DNA from: Bacteroidales bacterium
GTDB taxonomy: Bacteria > Bacteroidota > Bacteroidia > Bacteroidales > WCHB1-69
Assembly (NCBI GenBank): GCA_016288655.1
Contig: JAEEKX010000043.1
Location: 208 to 64,207, forward strand
DNA length: 64,000 bases
Reading direction: 5' to 3'
Below are positions 28,297 through 35,392 of this stretch, piece after piece. Under the pieces are notes generated by a model that searched no databases, was not told the DNA's origin, and worked only from the letters and a program-made list of their open reading frames with translations. The number at the start of each line of letters is the position of its first letter. Within the stretch, counting starts at the first letter, position 1. The position numbers and the translations under genes are program-made.

Positions 28297-30273
28297 ATGA
28301 ACAAAAAAATACTACTTATATTATTTCTTGCGATTGTCACTATGGCAATGGAAGCTCAGCCAGTAGGGGTGGGGTGGGAAGGTAGCAGCGCCGCACAGGA
28401 CATTCCGTTTGTTGACCATTACGGCCAATCGCAGGAGTATCCACGTCTCAATTCGAATGGGCACATCTTGTACTATGCTCCGCTCGTCCATACGGACTCT
28501 GTGGTTCCCGACCTTGTGACAGGACAGCGTGCCATGCTGTATGCCAACGTTGTCTTCGATGGATGGCAGGAAGTGTTGGAAAGAGGATTCGAAATATCGA
28601 CCAATAGTAGTTTTTCCACAAACACACGTGTCTTGGCGGGTGCGGGGAGCGGTGCATTTAGTGCGGAGAAGACGGGGTTGAACAACAACACACAATATTA
28701 TGTAAGGGCATACGCGCGCAATGGATCCGGTACATCATACGGGGGCTCGGTGCCCTTGCGCACCCCCGTAGGGGAATTGGTTTTGAGGGAACTCAATACC
28801 CCAGTCGTCAATACGAATAGCATTACTGCGGAAGCGGTCATCGAGTCCAATGGGGGTGGAACGGTGAGCGGGACCATTTGCGCCTACCAAGATGCGGATT
28901 TCACGGATCTGGTCTCCTGCCAGAATATTTCCCCGACGAACAATTACCTGCCACGGGCACAATTCACCAACCTTATGCCGGGGACTCTGTACTACTTCCG
29001 TGCCATACTTCATAACGACCATAATGCCGATACGGCTATGGCGTCCACGTGGACAAAGACGGATCTTCGACTTGAGGTCTCTATGGATGATCCCTTTTTA
29101 ACCTTCCCCTGCAATCCTGACACGGGGAAGTGGATCAACTATAGGGTTCACATGACGGGGACGGATGCCCGACGTGATTCTTTTCGGATAGGGTGGCAGT
29201 GTAACCTCAACGGTGAGGCGGTTAATGACAGCGCTTATCGAGTTCTCATTTTCGAACCCTACACAATCCGGCTGAGGGCATACGCATACTATGATGGGGA
29301 TACGATATGGTCGCCTGAGTTCAATGCGACAGGGAGTGGTTCGGCCAGATCACCCGTGAAGTACTACCTGTGTGAGAGAGAGTGGCTTAACGAGGTGACG
29401 GTGAACGTGACTCAGGGGGAGGCAACCCTGCGATGGGAAACGCTTGCGGAGGAACCGGTTTCTGCGGACAACCCTGCGGTGTTGCCTACAGGCACTTATC
29501 TGCTTAACGTTACGGACAGATATGGATGTGTTCATAAAAAAGAGGTGTATTTTGGAAACAAGTTCCGTACGTGTGCGTTGTCTGGACCACCATTGCCCAA
29601 CGAAAGCGCCCATTGGGATGGCGAGATGTGGATCTTGGATTCCGTGGCTGATGAAGAAGGCAACTGGTATGCCATCAAGCAACTCGGCTCCCAATGTTGG
29701 ATGCGACAGAATCTGCGCGCAAGATTCACCCCGTCCGGTTTTGACTTGCTCAATTCGTCCAGTTCGTTCATGAAAGCCGGTTATAAAGACAATGTGGTGA
29801 ACACCGCAGAACTTCCATACGAGGGATTTTTTTATACCAGAGCCGCCGCCGTGGATACCAACTCCTTATACGCATACGCGGTAGCAAATCCAAGAAGAGG
29901 AATCTGTCCACAAGGATGGCACATTCCTACCTGGGAGGAGTGCTGCGTGATGGTGGAATGGTCGGTGCACGACTATGATCCGACGATGGTTATCACTCCA
30001 GCCCCAGTGCCGTCCAACAGTAATATAGGGTCCAGCACTCCCATTACGTACATGGTCTCTGCAATATGTAGTGCGACGCCACCAGATTACTTGAATTATA
30101 CGGAACTCTCCATGGTTTTAAGAGTGGGACGGGCTGATTTTTGGGTGTCCGACGCGGATTCTTCGCTTCTACCGATGTTCCTGCGTTGCAGTACGACTAG
30201 CCATAGTGGCCTTCAACGTTTGTCACATGCGCGGGATGCGAAGGTGCCAGTGCGGTGCCTGCGAGACCCCTGA
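28297..30273 (+). CDS. Secreted protein with FN3-like repeats and a C-terminal Fib_succ_major (FISUMP) domain
   Basis: Signal peptide MNKKILLILFLAIVTMAMEAQ. FN3-like GLNNNTQYYVRAYARNGSGTSYG. FISUMP motifs GSQCWMRQNL, CPQGWHIPT, VPVRCLRDP. Confidence 0.75.
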   Translation: MNKKILLILFLAIVTMAMEAQPVGVGWEGSSAAQDIPFVDHYGQSQEYPRLNSNGHILYYAPLVHTDSVVPDLVTGQRAMLYANVVFDGWQEVLERGFEISTNSSFSTNTRVLAGAGSGAFSAEKTGLNNNTQYYVRAYARNGSGTSYGGSVPLRTPVGELVLRELNTPVVNTNSITAEAVIESNGGGTVSGTICAYQDADFTDLVSCQNISPTNNYLPRAQFTNLMPGTLYYFRAILHNDHNADTAMASTWTKTDLRLEVSMDDPFLTFPCNPDTGKWINYRVHMTGTDARRDSFRIGWQCNLNGEAVNDSAYRVLIFEPYTIRLRAYAYYDGDTIWSPEFNATGSGSARSPVKYYLCEREWLNEVTVNVTQGEATLRWETLAEEPVSADNPAVLPTGTYLLNVTDRYGCVHKKEVYFGNKFRTCALSGPPLPNESAHWDGEMWILDSVADEEGNWYAIKQLGSQCWMRQNLRARFTPSGFDLLNSSSSFMKAGYKDNVVNTAELPYEGFFYTRAAAVDTNSLYAYAVANPRRGICPQGWHIPTWEECCVMVEWSVHDYDPTMVITPAPVPSNSNIGSSTPITYMVSAICSATPPDYLNYTELSMVLRVGRADFWVSDADSSLLPMFLRCSTTSHSGLQRLSHARDAKVPVRCLRDP

Positions 30274-30316
30274 GGCAAGTTTTTTGAACACCCACGCTAT
30301 ATTCAATATTTTAACG

Positions 30317-30324
30317 TAAATTTG
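30317..30324 (+). promoter_or_regulatory. Bacteroidota sigma-A -7 box (TAnnTTTG)
   Basis: TAAATTTG, 26 nt upstream of ATG 30350. Confidence 0.65.
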
Positions 30325-30349
30325 CAGCTTGTAAAAATGTTCTGAAACT

Positions 30350-32569
30350 ATGAAAAAAACTTTCTTATTTCTTTTCCTGTTCCTGGCAGCAAGCTGTGCC
30401 TTTTGTCAATCTACAACCATTGACCTACAGGGTGTTTTCACGGGTAAATATCGCTATGACAGAGTGCGTTCCCTCTCCTGGCGTCCGCAAACACTTCAAT
30501 ATACTTACTATGACAGTGAGAACTCTGCCATCAAGGTCGTGGATCTGAAAAACGGCAAGGAGAGCGTCCTGCTCACTTACGATCAAATCTGCGAATTTGC
30601 GATGGATAAGAAAGGTGCGACAAAAGCCGATTTTTCCAGTGCAGGGGGAAGAATATCCACCGCATGGCAGTGGAAAGATAAGGACCACCTCGCCATCTAT
30701 GCCATCCTGCCGAATGAAAAAGAGGGCTATATCAACTGCGACGTGGCTGCCAAGAAGTTCTCTTTCCTTCCGGATCCTACCAGCGGCATTGAAGTCGTGG
30801 ACCAGGATGCCAACAATGCTCTTTACATCTATACCAGAGAAAAAGCTAACGGATTTTATGTCAATGATATGCGCAATCCTTCTTCCGCACAGATCATTCT
30901 CTGTCCTGACACGGCAAAGGATGTCGTCTTCGGCGAACCTGTCCACCGCAGCGAATGGGGCATCGAAGAGGGGTGGTACTTCTCTCCCAACAGCAACTAT
31001 ATCGCCTTCTACCGCATGGACCAGTCCATGGTGGAGGACTACCCGCTGCTCCAGACGAGCGAGGGAGAAGGCGCATCCCACATCGCCTACTTCAAGAACA
31101 TCAAATACCCCATGGCCGGGCGCACTAGCCATCAGGTGAAAGTCGGCATCTTCGATGCCCGGAAATCCTTCCAACAGAAAAAGTGCGACTATCACTACAT
31201 CCAAACTGACCCCGCTGACGGAGAGTTTTTGACCAATGTGACCTTCTCTCCCGATGAGAAATATCTCTATATCACGCACTTGAATCGGGAGCAAAACCAT
31301 TCCAAACTTATTCGTTATGATGTTGCCACGGGCAAGAAATTGGCCGTGTTGATCGAAGAGCAGGATGCCCGCTACGTGGAACCGTTGCATAGAATCCTTT
31401 TCCTGAAAAACGGGAACTTCATATACCAAAGCGACCGCGACGGCTGGAACCACTTTTACCTCTATACCTTTGATGGCAAATTGGTGAAACAGATTACGAA
31501 AGGCAACTGGCCCGTTATCAGCGACTTCGGGCTGGACGCTTCCGAACAGAACATCTTGTTCATGACCAACAAGGACTGCCCGGTCGATCAATATCTTTAT
31601 TCAGTCAACATCGCCTCCGGCAAACTGACCAACCTCACCCCCAAGTCGGGAACGCACACCATCATGATGTCGGATGACAAGAGTTGCTTCTTCGACTATT
31701 TCAGCAATTTGCACACTCCGATGGAAATCTACGCCGGCAGCACCGATGGCAAATATCAACGTCTGATCCAAACCGTCAAGAATCCTTACGGCGACGTCGA
31801 ATTGGGTCGCGATACCATCTTCTCCCTCAAGAACAGTCATGGAGACGATCTCTATTGCGAGATGATTTTCCCACCGCACTTCAACAAGAACGAGCAGTAT
31901 CCGTGCTTGGTCTATGTCTATGGCGGTCCGCACTCCCAACTGGTCACCAACACTTTCATGACGGCGGGCGTCTTCCTTAACTACATGGCACAGAAGGGAT
32001 ACGTCATCTTTGTGCTTGACAACCGCGGCACCAGCAACCGCGGCGCCGAATTCGAGAAGTGCATCCACCGTCAACTGGGCGTGTTGGAGAGTGAAGACCA
32101 AATGGTCGGCATCAACTACCTGCATTCCCTGCCCTTCATCGACAAGAAACGCATGGGCATCGACGGCTGGAGCTTCGGCGGCTTCATGACCCTCACCATG
32201 GTGACCGAACACCCCGACATCTTCGCATCAGCCACTTGCGGCGGACCGGTGGTCAATTGGGAGTGGTACGAAATCATGTATGGCGAACGCTATATGGACA
32301 CCCCGCAGGAAAACCCCGATGGGTATGAGCACGCCAACATTATCAACAAGATTTACAAACTGAAATGCCCGCTGCTCATCATGCACGGACAGCAAGACAA
32401 TACCGTCGTCCAGCAACATAGTCTGGAACTCCTCCATCAGTCTGTACTCGACGATGTCCAAATCAACTACTTCCCCTATACGACCCATGAGCACAACGTG
32501 ATGGGAAGCAACCGCGTGCAGATGTGGCACAAAATAGAACAATTTCACGGACAATACTTGCTCAAATAA
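30350..32569 (+). CDS. Dipeptidyl-peptidase IV (peptidase S9B)
   Basis: 739-aa ORF with a signal peptide, a DPPIV N-terminal propeller region, the nucleophile elbow GWSFGG, and downstream HGQQDNTV and THEH. Confidence 0.92.
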   Translation: MKKTFLFLFLFLAASCAFCQSTTIDLQGVFTGKYRYDRVRSLSWRPQTLQYTYYDSENSAIKVVDLKNGKESVLLTYDQICEFAMDKKGATKADFSSAGGRISTAWQWKDKDHLAIYAILPNEKEGYINCDVAAKKFSFLPDPTSGIEVVDQDANNALYIYTREKANGFYVNDMRNPSSAQIILCPDTAKDVVFGEPVHRSEWGIEEGWYFSPNSNYIAFYRMDQSMVEDYPLLQTSEGEGASHIAYFKNIKYPMAGRTSHQVKVGIFDARKSFQQKKCDYHYIQTDPADGEFLTNVTFSPDEKYLYITHLNREQNHSKLIRYDVATGKKLAVLIEEQDARYVEPLHRILFLKNGNFIYQSDRDGWNHFYLYTFDGKLVKQITKGNWPVISDFGLDASEQNILFMTNKDCPVDQYLYSVNIASGKLTNLTPKSGTHTIMMSDDKSCFFDYFSNLHTPMEIYAGSTDGKYQRLIQTVKNPYGDVELGRDTIFSLKNSHGDDLYCEMIFPPHFNKNEQYPCLVYVYGGPHSQLVTNTFMTAGVFLNYMAQKGYVIFVLDNRGTSNRGAEFEKCIHRQLGVLESEDQMVGINYLHSLPFIDKKRMGIDGWSFGGFMTLTMVTEHPDIFASATCGGPVVNWEWYEIMYGERYMDTPQENPDGYEHANIINKIYKLKCPLLIMHGQQDNTVVQQHSLELLHQSVLDDVQINYFPYTTHEHNVMGSNRVQMWHKIEQFHGQYLLK

Positions 32570-32589
32570 CCATCATAATCTCCCAAACA

Positions 32590-33486
32590 ATGAACAAATC
32601 CTCTATTGACCGCAGCATTTGGCTCCTTAACACACTCTACCAGGCCGGTTCCGAAGGACTTTCCTTTGAAGAAATCCGCGACAGATGGAAGCTGTCCCCG
32701 CTTTCCAAAGGGGCGGAATATCCATTGCGCTCATTCCACAACCATCGGAACGAAATCCGAGAATCGTTCAATGTCTATATCAAATGCCGGAAAAGTTCCA
32801 ATCGCTACTATATTGCTATCAATGAGGGTAATTCATCTATCGTAGCGCAGTTGATCGGGGTGCTCAATTTGAGTAGGATCGTATCGACAGGGAATGCGCT
32901 CCATGCCATCTCCATGCCCCATGTCAAGGGCGGTGGAGAGGCCTTCCTTCCCATGATAATGCAAGCTATTGAGCATTATAATTTTCTGGAAATCATATAC
33001 TTGAGCCAACATAACGCCAAAGATCCCAATGGGGAGAGAGTCGCTCCGCTTGGATTGAAAAACTATAAGGGTTGCTGGTCCCTGCTCTGCCAACGGGAAG
33101 ACGGTCAATACGTGATGATAGATTTGCGCACCATCAAAGAGGTGCGACCTACCGTGAGGATATTCAAAGCAGTTGACAAACAGTTGGTAGATGAACTTCT
33201 GGTGGAGAACTACGGTTTGACGTTGGAGAATATCCCCACGCAGGAGATTACCGTCAAGGTGGAGGAAGAAGTGGCCAAGCGATTGACGGATTTCCCGCTT
33301 CATTCTTCCCAACGATTGATTGAGAGCAAAAAGCCCTACTCCATTTTCTATTATAACCTTAAACCCACTATGGAGTTCGTTTGCGATTTGATGACATTGG
33401 GTGCGGGATTGGAGATTCTTACCCCCACCAACCTTCGCACAGCGCTGGCCAAAGAAGCCAGAAAAATTGCAAGGCAAAATGTTTAA
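32590..33486 (+). CDS. wHTH-WYL domain transcriptional regulator
   Basis: Start re-called to ATG 32590 (MNKSSIDRSIWLLNTLYQAGSEGLSFEEI, a wHTH). Central WYL-like segment FLEIIYLSQH...RVAPLGLKNYKGCWSLLCQREDGQYVMIDLRTIKEV. C-terminal extension. Confidence 0.7.
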   Translation: MNKSSIDRSIWLLNTLYQAGSEGLSFEEIRDRWKLSPLSKGAEYPLRSFHNHRNEIRESFNVYIKCRKSSNRYYIAINEGNSSIVAQLIGVLNLSRIVSTGNALHAISMPHVKGGGEAFLPMIMQAIEHYNFLEIIYLSQHNAKDPNGERVAPLGLKNYKGCWSLLCQREDGQYVMIDLRTIKEVRPTVRIFKAVDKQLVDELLVENYGLTLENIPTQEITVKVEEEVAKRLTDFPLHSSQRLIESKKPYSIFYYNLKPTMEFVCDLMTLGAGLEILTPTNLRTALAKEARKIARQNV

Positions 33487-33525
33487 TAATCTGAAATACA
33501 ATTGAATAAATTATAATTTTTTATC

Positions 33526-34743
33526 ATGAAATACAAACTTGTTTGTAAAAAATGTGGGCGAGAAATCGCAACTTTCAAAGAGTGGTTCGACCATAACCAA
33601 TCCTGTCCGCAGTGTGGCGGCAACTATGTGGAAGTCCAGTACAGTGCTGACTATACCAAACTCAAAGACTATTTCCAGGGAACGCCGAAGAGTTTTTGGC
33701 ACTATTTCGATTTCCTTCCCCTGATGGACAAGGCCAACGCCATCACTTGCGGAGAGGGTGCCATCCCGGTGGAACACTGGAGTTTTTTAGACGATTATGC
33801 CCGTGAAAAATATGGAATTTCTTGTAAAGCAATGGTTTACAGGAACGACCTCAACGGCGGAACCAACACTTTCAAGGATGTTGCCGCAGCATTGGGCGCT
33901 TCTATCATGAAAGAAAATGGCATCAAGGAGTACTGCATCGCTTCGACGGGCAACACGGCCACCGCATTCAGCAAGTACCTCGCGTTGGCGGGCATCAAAC
34001 TGAATGTGTTCGTTCCCAACTGTGTCTGCCAGGATACGGTGGACGAGATCCGTGGGTACGGGCAGAATCTGGTTATCTCTTCCGGCGACTACGGCGCCGC
34101 GAAGAAGGAAGCCGCTGAGTATCAGAAGGCCCACAATCTGCTCATCTCCATCGGCAACATCGACCCGATTCGCGTAGAGGCCAAGAAGACCATGGTCTTC
34201 GAGTTCCTGCGTCAAATGGGCCAGATGCCTGATGTATATGTTCAGGCCGTCAGCGGCGGTACGGGCCCGATTGCCTTGGAGAAGGGCGTCCGCGAGGTGC
34301 AGTCCGCCTTCCCCGAAGTGAAGTTGCCGAAAATCATTCTGGTACAGCAAGATACATGCGACCCTATGGTGCAAGGTTGGGAAAATGCCGAAAAGGCCGG
34401 CTTCCCCGAAGGATATCAGACACAGTTCCCATCCATTCCCAATCCGCAGACCAAGGTCTCCATCCTCTCCACCGGCACGCCGGGCATGTTTCCTATCGTG
34501 GCTCCCATCGTGCGCAAGAGCGGCGGCGGATTCGTGCGCGTCAAGGAGAGCGAACTCGTCGATTATGCCAAAATCGCCAAGCGCGAGCGTAATGTGGTCC
34601 TCGGCCCCGCCGCCGCTGTCTGCTTCGCCGGCTTCTACCAGGCCCTCGCCGAAGGGAAGATCCAAGACGGACAGACCGTGCTCATCAACACCGGCGAAGG
34701 TGCCGCCCGTGCCAAGGAGTTCGCAAAGGCCGTCAGCGAGTAG
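33526..34743 (+). CDS. Threonine-synthase-like fold-type II PLP enzyme with an N-terminal Cys4 zinc ribbon (candidate cysteate synthase)
   Basis: 405-aa ORF. CKKCG...CPQCGG ribbon, PLP-lysine motif GGTNTFKD, and Gly-rich loop AVSGGTGP. The architecture matches archaeal-type threonine/cysteate synthases rather than the long bacterial ThrC. Confidence 0.75.
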   Translation: MKYKLVCKKCGREIATFKEWFDHNQSCPQCGGNYVEVQYSADYTKLKDYFQGTPKSFWHYFDFLPLMDKANAITCGEGAIPVEHWSFLDDYAREKYGISCKAMVYRNDLNGGTNTFKDVAAALGASIMKENGIKEYCIASTGNTATAFSKYLALAGIKLNVFVPNCVCQDTVDEIRGYGQNLVISSGDYGAAKKEAAEYQKAHNLLISIGNIDPIRVEAKKTMVFEFLRQMGQMPDVYVQAVSGGTGPIALEKGVREVQSAFPEVKLPKIILVQQDTCDPMVQGWENAEKAGFPEGYQTQFPSIPNPQTKVSILSTGTPGMFPIVAPIVRKSGGGFVRVKESELVDYAKIAKRERNVVLGPAAAVCFAGFYQALAEGKIQDGQTVLINTGEGAARAKEFAKAVSE

Positions 34744-34837
34744 CACTACTGCTTTTCATCTTCGACATACCCTCTCCTCACCTCCTATAAGTGAGGGTGG
34801 GAATGTTGGCATTAACAAATTGATTGATAATCGGTTG

Positions 34838-34857
34838 TAATTTCAAAAATGAAATTA
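34838..34857. repeat. Perfect 8-bp AT-rich inverted repeat between convergent genes
   Basis: TAATTTCA-AAAA-TGAAATTA. No flanking T-run, so function is unclear (weak bidirectional terminator?). Confidence 0.4.
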
Positions 34858-34897
34858 TATGCCGAATGATGGGGCGTATTGAGAATAGAGCACTTTT

Positions 34898-35392
34898 TTA
34901 TTCCGTAGCAGGGAGAAAGTCATCGGAAAATGACAGTGGCACTAACGATTCTATCGAAGGTGCCTGCCAGATCTCACCCTGCTGGCCGGCCATCAACACG
35001 ATGATGGGCTGGCCGTTGCGCTGCTCGTACTCCAACAGCGACTGGCGGCAAGCCCCGCACGGTGGAATCGGGCGAGCAAGCACGGCCTTCGGGTTGATGG
35101 CGCTGATGAACAACTTCTTGAAAGCCACGCCGGGAAAACGCGACGAGGCATAGAACGCCGCCGTCCGTTCGGCACACAATCCCGACGGGTAGGCGGAATT
35201 CTCTTGGTTGTTGCCCGTTACGATCTCGCCGTTCTCCAACAGCAATGCCGCCCCGACCTGAAAGTGAGAGTAGGCCGCGTAGGCACGCGTCGCCGCCTCG
35301 CGCGACAACGCCAACAGCCGCCGATCCTCTGCCGAAAGTTCAGATTCGTTTTCGTAAACAATGATCGTGGCCTTAGTCTGAAACTTCTTCAT
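34898..35392 (-). CDS. cdd: Cytidine deaminase
   Basis: Start at ATG 35392 (MKKFQTKATIIVYE). Zinc motifs CAERTA and PCGACRQ. Its ATG overlaps the upstream stop (TAATG). Confidence 0.9.
   Translation of the reverse strand: MKKFQTKATIIVYENESELSAEDRRLLALSREAATRAYAAYSHFQVGAALLLENGEIVTGNNQENSAYPSGLCAERTAAFYASSRFPGVAFKKLFISAINPKAVLARPIPPCGACRQSLLEYEQRNGQPIIVLMAGQQGEIWQAPSIESLVPLSFSDDFLPATE

Noticed and set aside
25948-30273. The idea that the FISUMP (C-type-lectin-like) C-termini are targets of a diversity-generating retroelement.
   Set aside because: There is no reverse transcriptase gene in the window. I could find no template/variable repeat pair; the two FISUMP C-termini differ throughout rather than at adenine-specific positions. 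Only a whole-genome repeat search could fully exclude a distant DGR.
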